From Lingula anatina (lineage: Eukaryota; Animalia; Brachiopoda), in contig CM120648.1 in the NCBI GenBank assembly GCA_051362555.1, positions 535,721-599,720 of the forward strand: a stretch of 64,000 bases of DNA, written 5' to 3'. Positions 24,468-37,040 of the stretch are shown piece by piece. Every line of letters starts with the position of its first letter. The stretch's first letter is position 1. Made by a program: the position numbers and the translations under genes. A model generated the notes under the pieces. The model did no database searches and was not told where the DNA came from. It saw only the letters and a list, made by a program, of their open reading frames with translations.

Positions 24468-26543
24468 CGATTATATGAGAAACTGCAACAGAAACAACTT
24501 AAACAACTTCAACTCTCGGTAAATCTACCATCGCTTTCACCCCAGTCATCATGCCAGCGGAAAAGCTGCAAGACACAGTTTTCAGTGAGAGCTATTCTAG
24601 GTTCTAAATAAAATAAAAATTTCTTTCAGCAACAGGCGTGAAGCCAGCCGTTTCAGAGGGTGGGGCTGGGGAGGGGTTCTGGAAAAGTGGAATTTTATTT
24701 ACCCCATTAGGTTACTCAAATGGCATAAAACAGATCACATTGTGATTCAGAACATAATTGCCCTACCAAAAGGGCGGTTCCTCTGACCCCCTGTCTACGG
24801 GAATGGGTAAAAAGACAAAATTTAAGTCTCTCGGCTGTTCTCTCCCACATCTCACATGTAATATCTTTATATCATCTGATATTGTCCAGTAAACATGCCT
24901 TTAAATGGTTTAAGAATTTTGAATTATTCATATTTCATCCAACGATAAATAAACTTGGTTTGGTGTAACCCATTTTTTTCTTTTATGAAACAAAATAAGC
25001 TTATAATTTTGAAATGGTTGGCTTTCCTAGTGGGCGGCAACGATGGGTTGTAATATCAACACCTCTTTCAAACTGTGGAGGTAATTTAGAGTTGACAGTT
25101 ATCGGTTCCTGGGGCGTCCTGAAGTACGATTGGCATGGACCTTTAAGGACAACACTTTCAGAACGGACTTCTTGGGTCAAAGCGTTAAGTCAAACGCAAT
25201 AAACGCGGAACACAGTCCAGTTAAGCTGCGATGGTATCTCAACTACTGTAGAACCGGGTTGATTTTGGGGCAAATCTGAAACATTGGTTACGCCAGCTTT
25301 AATCTGCTTTAAAAGAAGCTCAAGCGAAGTCCTGTTTACACCAAATGAAATTGTCGCATATCTTTGAAATTCAAAGTAAAATATTTCGTCTTATATACCT
25401 TCCCCAAATGTGCACTACTCAAGTTATTTGGTCATCTTTTTTCGTAGCTTGAAAACTGTTTAGTAGACATTGCTTATATCATTAATGGTTTTTTAGAAAC
25501 TGTCACTGCTGCATAGCAGAAATAAGCGTCTCTAGTTTACAAATTATTACGTACTTTTTAGTTAGATTAAAGCTGCGAGGCCGTTTATACTTTTGTCTTT
25601 TTTTTTGTTTTTGGTCATCTAATGTGGTAACTCAATTTTACAGTCTTTAAAACATTTTGTAAATAAGATACAGTAAGTTTCTCTTAAGAAACGTTTTAGT
25701 CCATTACATCTGTAATTGAAAGTCGCTTCCAGTATCAGTATAAATCATCATACTTCAATTTATGAAAACTACAACAGGACGAGTCAAAAGGTATACATTT
25801 TAATAGTAATTGGTGCCGTTAATCATTGTAGATTGCGCTGTGACTGTGACAGGTGTGGTTGCCTTCAGAACGCTTTCCCGGGTCCTCTTCACAACCTGCC
25901 GTGGTGGAACTCTTACTTCTATAACTACCACAATACTTTCCAGGGAAGGAAGAAAAGGTAAGTATTCCACACTGGGGACATGACAATCATTGTGACGTCA
26001 CTTCCTCCCTCCCTACGGATGACTTCCGACATTTGCTTTTTCGTTTTTGGTAAGGGTTTGTCCGAGGCAGTCAATTTAGTTTGGCAGCGGGAGGGGAGGG
26101 GAGTGGGGGGGGGGGGGGGGGGGGGGGGAAGAGGCCATGCCACCAAGGCAGTAACCTAATGAGGTGGTTAGTGGTTATGTAACGGCAGTACCAGGGCTAG
26201 ATTGAGGAAAGAGGGAGATTGTGAGCGGGAATATCATAAGATCATGCCTGCAAACTGTATGAGGCAGTGAGATGCTTTTGCCTAGCTGTTTTTATTTCTT
26301 ACAATCGGTAGGTCGAGGAATTAAATGTGAGAAAGGGTCTTTATTCCTTAAAAAAAAGAAGAAAAGAGAATGATCTGTGAATTGTTTTGTGACTTTAATG
26401 GTTATGCCAGAAGCAGTGGGATTTTAAAGAATCGAGAGTGTAGGAAGCCGTTTTGGCATCTAATTGACCCTGATGTCAATGCAGCACTTTTCTGTTTCAG
26501 GTCTGCAGCAGTTGACATGCCCTCAGATATAGAGACAAACTGA
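21765..26543 (+). CDS. Secreted Cys-rich peptide family, member B (3 coding exons)
   Basis: Exons 21765-21952, 25832-25957 and 26501-26543 give MERRCYCHVAAFVLVFLGVILSWHVGPVET-QGLHPYWYDQRYWMRCHCPRHVYRCNELYDCFG/LRCDCDRCGCLQNAFPGPLHNLPWWNSYFYNYHNTFQGRKKR/SAAVDMPSDIETN*. Phase-2 introns with canonical GT-AG. Confidence 0.82.
23101..23213. repeat. Minisatellite, 19-21-bp unit (TGTGACTGTGTTATACAGA)
   Basis: About 6 tandem copies in member B intron. Confidence 0.9.
24415..24465. repeat. Poly-A tract (~50 nt)
   Basis: Direct reading; no flanking TSD recognised. Confidence 0.9.
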
Positions 26544-28979
26544 GAGTCTGGCTTGTCTTGTCCGTGGGCCGCTTAACACATCACGCCATTGTAGTTATAT
26601 GCAGCTTTGTATTCTAAAGCCAGGGATGAAGAAACTGTAAATTTGGAGTTGAATTTCTGCTGTCGTGATATATATATATATAAGCACTATCAAGGAATGC
26701 TTTGGCTTGGTATTACATGAAAAACGGCTCCCGTTATAAGCATTTTTGTTTGTTTGTTTTACATATTTTGCGTGATGATTCGTGTATACATGCCTTAAGT
26801 ATGACGACTTCCTAGTCATATCGTGAGAGGATTCTTCTCTCGGAGTAAGAAATGTTTTAAATCAAACATAAAATGATAAAATGGAAAGTATAAGACATCA
26901 AGTAGTGTACCGATACATAGCTGTTAAATGATGTATTCTTTTACTTTGTTATTATTTGATATAAATGTATAGATGCCATAATGTGTTCTAAAATGTGTTG
27001 GCATTTACAGTTGTTAACCTTTGGCCATCACAGTGAAAATGACTAAAAGCGGAAATGGTTTATGTGACTGAGATTTTTGAAGGAACTTAAAACCTTTACA
27101 ACTGTGATACGCAGCGTCTGCCGGAAATGCCTCAGAACAATTTGTACTTGTGATTGTCTAGTGTAGAATTTGTTGTAACTTAAAGTCACTCTTTTTTTTA
27201 ATTTAAGCAAACGCTTCTCCACGTGCTACACCCTGAGTTTCCGAGTTTATGGATGAAAACACAAGTGCTTGTTGAATGTAGAGGAAAGTTTCGTGTGGTC
27301 TCTGAAACTCAGGGGGGATGATGAATAACGTTATCTTTCTTATTTCTGCAAACACTTTTATTTCTTTTTGTATAGTAATAATGGAAACGATACTTACTTT
27401 GTATAGAGCTATTGAATACTTTTTCTTGGTAATGGTTTAGTGCAGCTTTTCCACGGACTTTTCCTTACTTATACTCATTGACAGAATCCGCCATTTCGCT
27501 TAAAACCATTTACGTTCTTACAAACGTGATTTTAAAACACAATTTACCAAAAATATGTAAATTTGAATAAGCAAAGCAAAACTTCTCAACATAGAAGAAA
27601 ACCATGCCAGATACAATTTTTTCTTAAAGAACACCAGCACACATTTTAAATATATCTGCACGAAATGCTCTTGCTGAAACTGCTGTAAATTAAAATTTTC
27701 CTTTTTTCTTTTTCTCTCCATTTTGTAAGGTGATATGACTATGAGTGAAATCTCTTGTAAATTGTAGAGTACTCGTTAATATGTAGCACCATGTGCTGTA
27801 AATGCTGTCAGTTTCTTCACGCGGTAATAAAGGTGTCACCAATTATTGGATTTATTATTTATTTATCTATCTATTAATCTATCTATTAATTTATATTTTG
27901 GGGACTATTCTCAAACTTTCACATTAAAAAATAAAGAATAAATGCTTTTCTTTTAAATTTTTGTATATTGAACAAAGAAGTATTTTTAAAGTTGTATTTT
28001 TGGAGTTTCGAATGACCCCTTGCCTTGCTGGTGGCACAGTTTGATTGTGACAGATGTGACAGATGTGGTCGCAGTGCACTTGTCCAACCACCGTCTCAAC
28101 AACCGCAATGAGCCCATTCTTCTTCTCCGAAACAATGTTTTTACGGGCATTCAAAATAACTCGTGATATAGCTAACTTGTAGAGACCTCTGTCTCAAACC
28201 AAAGCATCAGCATGAGATCTCAGTATTATCCCAACTTAAGTTTACAACAACTGAATCAACCAAAACCTTCAAAACTGAAAGTACGTAGAAATATTAGCTT
28301 TTTAGTTTATTGTCCGTCTAATAAGCATTTTAAAGTTACATTCTTCCCCGGTCTTAGTGTGTAAAAACAATCCACCATGTTATTAAATGTAAATGGAACG
28401 TATTATAAATTCGTGACCTTGTCTTCATAAACACACGAAAACGCGGATTCAATCTTTGAATAAACAAAAAAGATGACGAAATAAAATGTAAAATTTTATT
28501 TCAAATATATTCCCAAACAGTCAGATTTTGAAAGCCTTAACACTGTTGCCCGTGAGGTTAAAATTGAGGTATACAGCGTAGTCATGGCAACCCTTGCAAC
28601 CTTCCTACAGGCTTGTGTTAAACTTTAAAATATTCTTATTAGAACAATCAGCTTATTCCTTCGGTTGACTGAGTTTGGCACTTTCTTAACGGGCGAAGAT
28701 TTTTTAAACGTGAATCCTTTTCTTCACTCATGAAGAAGCATCCTTTCCGTTTCAAGCTGTAAAAAAACCCTAAAATATATTATACTTCTTTTTTTCCTTA
28801 TGTAAATTACAAAAAAGAGATTTATCAATTTTTTAATAAAAATGTGTCAGTTTTTAAGCTAATCTTCTTATTCAAATAATTATACAATGGTAATGAAGCT
28901 TGAATACCATATTTATAGAGACTAATTTCAATAGTAAAAAAATGATAAGAAAAAAAGAATCAGCTACCTGTGGCTCCCT

Positions 28980-29441
28980 CTATCCAGAGCGGGATTGACT
29001 GTTCTGATAGTTCCACAGGTAGAGACGGTACAGGTAATTGGAATCTGAAGAACCCGATCCCTTTCCTTTGCTTCCACGTCTGAAGTAGTAGGGCGGGTAT
29101 GCGTAGTTAGCGTGTCGGTAGTAGCTGTACCAGTTGTATGGATACGTACCAGGAGCGGAGTAAGGGGCGGCGGCCTGAGCCGAGGCAGAGTCGAAGCAGC
29201 TGCAACGTGCCGGATCACAGGCGACACTGGAGAAGAAAAAAAGCAGATCATCCAACAATGCACATTTTGTGGTGTCTGTTTTTTTTTATTTGCTATTTGC
29301 GTTTTTTTTTACCTTAAACTGCGCCAGAATTCAGCGTTTCCAGGTTATCAGAATTAGCCATATTGTTTTAGACTACTTTCCCAAAAAACCAGCCCCCCAT
29401 GTAGCCCGCCCACACGCACACACACATGCACTCACGCACAA

Positions 29442-29531
<90 letters not shown>

Positions 29532-29690
29532 TCCCGTTCATACCTACCCGTAGCAGTCGTAGCCCCTGCCCCCGGGACAGACAGCGGAGTTATAGGGAGC
29601 AAAACAGCGCAGCCATCTTCTCTCCTCCACTGCTCCAATCAGCTGTGCCGCCGCCATCAACACCACCACAACGGAAGCGTAGACCTGCAT
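28980..29690 (-). CDS. Secreted Cys-rich peptide family, member C (6-Cys variant, 2 coding exons)
   Basis: Exons 29690-29548 and 29226-28980 give MQVYASVVVVLMAAAQLIGAVEERRWLRCFAPYNSAVCPGGRGYDCYG/VACDPARCSCFDSASAQAAAPYSAPGTYPYNWYSYYRHANYAYPPYYFRRGSKGKGSGSSDSNYLYRLYLWNYQNSQSRSG*. Donor GG|GTAGGT, acceptor TTCTCCAG. Confidence 0.85.
29445..29528. repeat. (CT)n microsatellite in member C intron
   Basis: Direct reading. Confidence 0.95.
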
Positions 29691-29703
29691 CCTGGCGGTC
29701 AAG

Positions 29704-29705
<2 letters not shown>

Positions 29706-29761
<56 letters not shown>
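29706..29761. repeat. (AAT)n microsatellite just upstream of member C's acceptor
   Basis: Direct reading. Confidence 0.95.
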
Positions 29762-29762
<1 letters not shown>

Positions 29763-32272
29763 TTATCTTGCTAATATATAAAATATATACACGTACGTTA
29801 GAAACTGATTTCTGTCACGAGCTCTTAAATAAGCACCTGATATTTTGAATAAGTACATGATATTTAAATAAGCACATGATATTTTCACATTGAAACATTA
29901 TGAGTCATGAATGAATGCAATAAATTGCTCATAGATTAATTAATAAATTAAAATTATAAACAAAGAGGAGGGGCTATTTAGGATGAAAATAGAAGGATTT
30001 CTGGAACATCTAACAAGAAGAAGTGATTTACTTTGATCCTTTCAACCTGGGTGCGTTACAGCCAAAAACGGGTTTGCTCCAAGTGAAAATAGAGTAACGA
30101 AATGGAGTAACCTTATTACCCTTAATTAAACCGTTTGAATTGTTTCAAACTTTAAAAGCTGCCGTTACGAATTTATATTTAAATTGTGAATATTTCAGCG
30201 GAAAAAAAACTGCCAATTTTGTTCACGCCCTTGCGGTTACGAAGAAACCAATAAATGTCTAACAAACGGAAAATTGTTCCTCGGGTCGCAGGAATTACAA
30301 GAAAGGTTGTGTCAGACTTTTTTGTACTCTTCGGGTGATTAATCCAAACACTAGATTTAAGTTGTCGGGGCAGCGCCCAATTAACCTGCTCAGACATAAG
30401 CTGAAAATATTTCTGCAAGGGCGTCTATTCTTTGCGTTCCTCGAGACTAAGAGTGTTTGACATAATCTAAAACGAGGCCAGTGTACGGAGAAGTACTCCT
30501 CCAAAGAACCAAACCCGTGAAAACGAATTCCTACGGCAACCAAATGCCGGAAACTGACTTTGACTTGACCTGTGCGGTAATTCTTTTCAAATTGCTAAGT
30601 TGATTTTCAAACGGTTTGCTATTCGATATACCTGTAGCATTTAGAAATATGCGACAAAATTACTTCAGGCATCTGAAAAAAAATGCCGAAACACGTGTGC
30701 TCAGGCCTTAAATGAACTGCATAAATAACACCTCGTTTAAGGTCACTGTGAACAAAAAAATCCGCAGAGAAGGCAACAAATCAATCATTAATTTTTTCAT
30801 TGCGTTTGCTAGCAATGTGAACATAACCTGTCATGTGTTCTCTGGTTCTCTGTCGTAGCCAACCTATAAACTTTACCTGATTTAAGGACAAAGAAAATTA
30901 GGTTTCACGACCTTTATGTCTGCACCGCTCTCGCGTAATTTGCCTCGTGGTTTGCTTACGTGAAAATGAAAACACTTTAACCAAAATATAAACACCAAAA
31001 GTGGCAATTAAAGATCTCCTTTGCAACTTACTAGTTTATTGCAAATCCCCCCTTTCCTCCTCTGATAGGAAAAGAGTGGTTTTGTTTTACTTAATAGTCG
31101 GCATCTTGCTTTCATGAAAAATATTTGGGAGTTTTTTCAGAAAATATGTTTAAAAAATCGATCACGTGACCATTAAACGTAGGTCACAAAAACTGAAATG
31201 CGTTAAAAACCCAAAACACTTGTTATAGGCCTACAATAATTTTTTTTTCACGGCACAACGACGTTATCCTTCACATTTTTGAGAACAAAATGAAATTTGC
31301 ACACATCAGATTTTCTTCTTTGCAGCACTATCACAGTCCGAAAACAACTATTGTGATGTTATTGGTAAAAAATTGTTATCCAAAGAAACTTGACGTGTTT
31401 TTACCTATGAGGCAGGACGTTTCAACCCTGCAAAAAGGTCATACTTACACAAGACCTTTCCTACACTTTTCTCTAGCTTCGTCTCACGAGCGACAAAGAA
31501 AAAAACAACTTATTTTACCGTGTTATGTTTAAATTTGTATCATACTCAACAATTTTAGATATTGGAATACGCTTATTTAATACAATGCTTTAAAGTGTAA
31601 AAATGCTTAGAGAGTCTTTGTGTAGTGATTTAATCAGTGTTACGAAGTCTCTTAAAATTATTTGTGCCACAGAAAATAAAAATAAATATCAAAGGGACGA
31701 TAACGACCTTCTGGGGCCTTCAAACATTTATTCACCAACTCACTTTTCTTACAAATTCGCAAGTATTTATACTTTATGTCTGCGTACTTATCACGCGTTT
31801 AATTGTTTTCTTCCCATGATTGTCAGAAATTTTCCAATTCTCATTTTGCATACACGTGATAGATAATTGCAATCCTATTGTGAAATAAACCAATCAAATA
31901 AAAGAATATCTGCTTTTGATCTTTTCCATCTTTTCCTAACAGCTAAACAGTTTCCGCACTTGTTGCCTCTTAATGAAATTTAATTTACACTCAATAACTT
32001 CCTATCCTTTAACTTATATGATTCCTCTTTAATTATTACCTGCTATTAATTAAAGCGTAAGTCATTAACTTTACAACATAACAATTTGGACAGCCCGTTT
32101 ATTTGCATTTAACCCTTACGAAAATTTTAATCAATGTTACACTGAAAATTTGGCACCTTGCTTCAGACAATCGAACTTACCACTTCTTTCATAATTTTTC
32201 CGCATTTTCAGACTAGTAATTAGTCGGTATAATGATTAATCTTGATATCCAAGAAGAAAAAAATCACAGTAC

Positions 32273-32402
32273 CTTATTGAAAAGAGGCTCCTCTTGGTCA
32301 ATAATTGCAGCTTGTCGCAAAAGTCCCCGTAAGCTCTAAGTTCCTCCAAACCGTCGACCACACTTCATCAGCAAGAAATGTTACGTGATATTTCCTTTTA
32401 TA
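32273..32402 (-). promoter_or_regulatory. Candidate TATA promoter and non-coding exon 1 of member C
   Basis: Minus-strand TATAAAAGG from 32402, then AAG|GTACTG donor at 32273/2, about 130 nt downstream. Member C's ATG is directly preceded by an acceptor (CCGCCAG|G ATG). Confidence 0.45.
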
Positions 32403-33025
32403 CGCTCCGGTGCCATCGATACATTGCATCTCAAAATATTCACACGTGACTTAAAACAACGGTCTCTCGACCCTACGCAAATGTAGCAGACTCGAATTAA
32501 ACCATTTTTCAACGGGGGATACGTGTCACTAGTTTGGTTATCAAATAAACGAGGTAACTAGACGGCGTTGGGTTTTTGTCGATTTGTTTAAGTATAAAAG
32601 TTTCTTTTTCTGAGTCAAAGCTCCTCCCAGGTTGATTAATGGAGTAAGGAATAGCCAAAGGGGTGGGGTGGTGCTCGAAAAGTGAATTTCACAAAGTATT
32701 TTTTATAATCACTGTATAAAGTGCATTTTCTCTACTTTATCTCTTACAGAAAAATACTGGGCGTGAAAGAGTGGTAAAGCGTACTCTTATTCAAGAAAAA
32801 TATGCTTTTACACGCTAAGGAGCCAATTGGAATCTTAATTTATAATATTTATATAAAAGAATGGATGCATCTTCATGACATGGAAATAAGAAACCAGCCG
32901 CAAGTGTTATATTGAACGGAAAGCGCGTAATAGAAAAAAATGAACAAAACGAAATTCCCATTATTATTCCTAAACAAAGTTTTAGAAATCTATTACTGGT
33001 CTCATAATTTGGTCTAGTGGACCAT

Positions 33026-33073
<48 letters not shown>

Positions 33074-35562
33074 ACTTCAGCTGGTCTTAAATTGTTCTCA
33101 TTCTTTATATTATATCTGTTTATTTTAATACCACTAGATGACATATCTACTGAATATTATTCATGGTTGTTATTCGTTAAGCGCTGCGCTCCCTCTGTCA
33201 TTGTCATTTATCTAAATCTTAACCTCTGTACCTTTATCAACAATTCACTTTTTAAAAATGTGTAAAAACGTGTATCAAAATAGCTTTCATACTATCATAT
33301 CTCGTAAACCCAGCGTCGGGTAAATTACCAGTGGCAAATGCCTTAACCTTTCTTAAAGCAGCCTCGTCAGCAGAAGGAAAAAAAACGCTCTGGTTACTAC
33401 GAGAAGTTAACCAGTAGCGTTGGGTAATTACACAGTGATTAAGTCATTCCGAAGAGAAAGCAGTTGTTTTCGACAGCTGCCCAAGTCAGCGTGCCAATCT
33501 GTGGCTACAGTTGGTATAGGTTTACTAATTCAGGGCAAATTACGAAACGGAATCGCTCATGATAGAGGTGAAGTATGCAATGATGTGTTTAATTAAGAAC
33601 TCAGTTGTACTTTGAACTCGTCTGATAGCTAAATAGTTCAAGAATTCTGTTTTTGGTACCAAACGTCTGACTTAAAACAAAGGTGGGTCTTAAAACTGTG
33701 ACGAGTCTACAGGGATTGCGAGAGAGAGAGAAAGAAAGAGCGAGAGAGCGAGGAAAGTGTGTGTCCGTCTGACTGAGAGAGAGAGAGAGAGAGAGAGAGA
33801 GCAGAGAAAGAACAGAGAGCCATGTAACCAACCAAACACTTATTCTCATTACCAACATTCCTGGCATCTCTACCACGTAATCACATTAGTTATTTCATTG
33901 CCGTCGTCCGGTGGGGTTCCCATTGGAGCTGACAGTAATGGCTTTTTTTGTGACGGACTCTTTTAAAAATAAAACCTTATCCACTTCTAACTACCCCGGG
34001 AAAAAACCTCTACCTACGAGTCATTGACAGGACGTAAGCAAACAAACGCTGTAATTCTACACAAAAAGTAACGTTCACCGTTCGCCTTACTGCTATCACA
34101 CTCATTATGGTCTTGTCTGATATAAATGAATTACCTGTCCAAACTTTGCTCTGTCACATTTAATTGTGTTGACCTCAGCCCACCCAAATTTAAGTATCAA
34201 TTCGGTTTATATGTTAGCTAGAAGCTGGGGTAGTTTTTTTTAAACTGACGTGAACAAATGGTATCTAATTGTTCGTTGCAACAGCAGTAACTGGTGCTTT
34301 CTGAAAGACAGCACGCTTTTGATCGAGGGCATGTGACATCATTTCCGTAGTAAAAGCACTGGGGTAGGATCTCCTCGATTTGACCCCGAAAATCCCAGAT
34401 AGGATTCTTTTTCGTAGCTGGCACGAGTTGGTTGTGTAGCTTGGTTAAATCTGGTTGTGATAGCCGTAGGCCCCGAAAGTTTGCACCGCTCGCCCAGGTT
34501 GAGGTGACAGCAGAGATTGCGGTGCGTTATCTTTCTCAACTGAAACACTACACCACTTCTCGGCAAACCGCAAAATCGGTCTTCCAACACAACCGACGCC
34601 CTTGGGTTGATTATGGTCTGACGTCATAGTATGACGTCATCACCACCCTAAAAATCGTATGCAATGTTTATCAAAGTAAGTATTCTGGATTATAATCAAG
34701 TGTTTGCATTTGATGGTGGGAAGTATTCTCAAATGTTTAAAGGTTTGAAACAGTACATGTGCGTGGTCCTCAACCTACGGCGGCTCTATTTTGAATAATT
34801 ATGCATTGACATGACTTAAGGTTTGAACGTTTTTTTTTTAGTTCAGATGAGGATGTTTAGTCCTGTTTATTTCAATGACTGAAACACATCTTATAAGCAA
34901 CTCTGCATCAGGATTACTTATAAAACAGGGATACGATATTATACAAAAAGTTTCAAGGCGAGAACTGACAATTTACATATTTCTGTCCTCTCAAAGTTAT
35001 ATAAGAATTTGAAAACAGATATCGAACAGTCAATAAATATAATGGTTATATTATATAACTCAGTTTAATTATTTTCGTACAAGTGCGCTTTCTTCTCTCT
35101 ACTGAAGTAAAAATAAAACAACTTAAATTCAGGCTGACATTGTACATGTATTTGAGACCTCTTTCGTTCCTTCACATGCCTTAAGCCATTCACAAAACTA
35201 TGTATAAATACATAATCAAATAGTCCTCATTCGTGCGTGAACGACCCAAGCTTCGGCGAAGTTAACAAGTGATTAAACAATTTTTCAAGGTCGGTAAAAT
35301 AAAGTACTTTTAAAATAGCAAACTGGCGAGATAAAAAAGTCTGCAATTTGACTTTTCACGTTTGCACTTTTAAGTATTCGCGAGCGCAATTTAGACGGTA
35401 TCCCGATTCTCTTCAGTTTAGGGTAGAGTGGATTTTTCTACGTAGACGTTAAGGTAATGGAGCTAGTTTGTGGTCGTCTTAACACGTGTTAACATTACGG
35501 TGTCTCGGCAGGTTGTGAAGTGGTGCCATACGTGCTACTATGTGGCTGGCACAGTTCCAGGC

Positions 35563-35602
<40 letters not shown>

Positions 35603-36175
35603 AGCTTGGACAGCGCTTCTACTTATCCAAGTATCGGTTGAGATGACGTCACCATGCAAGCAACCATGATGAGGCCGGTAGCCAGCGATTTCAAAGGAGG
35701 CCTTTTAAATGAAAAAAATGATCCTACCACTTCAATTTTCTCAACTTCAGACATCGCCTATAGGTCTTAGATTTTTTATTCAGGGCCTTTCCTACAAAAA
35801 AGGCGGTTTCTTCTTTTCGTTTTCATTTTTGAAAATTGGTTTAAGCCGAATGAACGGGCACAGCATGGCATGTACTTTTTTATTTAGATTTTAAAACAGG
35901 TGGTGAATTTTTATTAACTCAATAAAATATAAGACTGTCTTTTATAAAGAAATGTGAAGTCAGAAACGCAGCAAAAAACACAATTATTGCTCCTTCAAAG
36001 CTGCCGCCGTAGTTCTGGCGATGTGCCAGCTACAGGAGCGTGGCAAATAAACGCAACACCTTGAGGCACCTTAGCGCGTTCCAGTCATTTGATACTTTGA
36101 CAGCTCCGTAGCCTGTTTTACAAAGTAGTCCTAACCCGCGGCTGGGCGTTCACTTTTAGTTTTAGACAAGAGGCT

Positions 36176-36393
36176 TAGGCTCTGTTCTCACAACTTTTAG
36201 ATCGATCTATCACCGCGGGGAGTCTCACTAGATTACTGTCAGATAATCCCCCTTAAGTGTCCGTCCCCGCCTACTACAAGCTTTAAGGGGTAATTAACTT
36301 TCGTGTCCGCCCGGCTGACAGCTATTTAGCGTGAACCCCCAGGGAGTTAGGTCGATCCAATGTAGGTCGATCTAATCTATGAGAATGGGGTGT
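36176..36393 (-). mobile_element. MITE, copy 2 (inverted relative to 15.0-15.2 kb)
   Basis: Contains reverse complements of GATCGACCTAACTCCCTGGGGGTTCACGCTAAAT..CTGTCAGCCG and of CTAGTGAGACTCCCC from the 15-kb copy. Confidence 0.8.
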
Positions 36394-36503
36394 TAGTCTT
36401 ATTTCACCCTAGATTAATCAGAAGCCGGTTTAACGAAAGGGATAGTCCTGGTTTAATCTTTTAGAGCCAAATTTTAGTCTTTTTGTGACTCAATGTAAAT
36501 CAG

Positions 36504-36508
<5 letters not shown>

Positions 36509-36577
<69 letters not shown>
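36509..36577. repeat. (TA)n microsatellite
   Basis: Direct reading. Confidence 0.95.
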
Positions 36578-36579
<2 letters not shown>

Positions 36580-37005
36580 GTAAAATATATGGTCTAAATG
36601 TTAAGGCCAATCTTGTTCAAGTGGTCTACAACCAGTACCTGTCCAGTTATCAGTGTTGTGCACTTCCCTCTTATTTTGAAAAAAAAATTGTTTTGCATCT
36701 TTCTACCAGCTCTCCCTTTTTACCAATCAGTCTTTTTCCCCTCGGGCCAGCGTCCAGTTAATATCAAGGATGGTATTAATACCGTTTGCATCTATTGTAT
36801 GCCTTTAACATCAGCTGCCCCTCCCTCCCAAAAAAGTTTTCTCAGCCTTAGTCCCTGGTTTTACACATTCAGTTTTTATGTTAGTGTTGTTTTGCTGTCC
36901 AAAACAAAATGGCGGACTTATTTACCGTCCTTTGTATATAAGTGGAGATGATATGTTCTGTAGTTCCAAAAATAACCCAAATCCAAATTGCCCCTTTTTT
37001 GCAAA

Positions 37006-37040
<35 letters not shown>

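Noticed and set aside
29269-29848. Long ORFs with SLSLSL, ERERER or poly-N
   Set aside because: Microsatellite translations. The real exon lies in a different minus-strand frame (29690-29548).
34218-34424. Cys-rich 68-aa minus-strand ORF as a fifth family member
   Set aside because: No signal peptide, no RWLxC motif, different Cys spacing and no matching splice sites.
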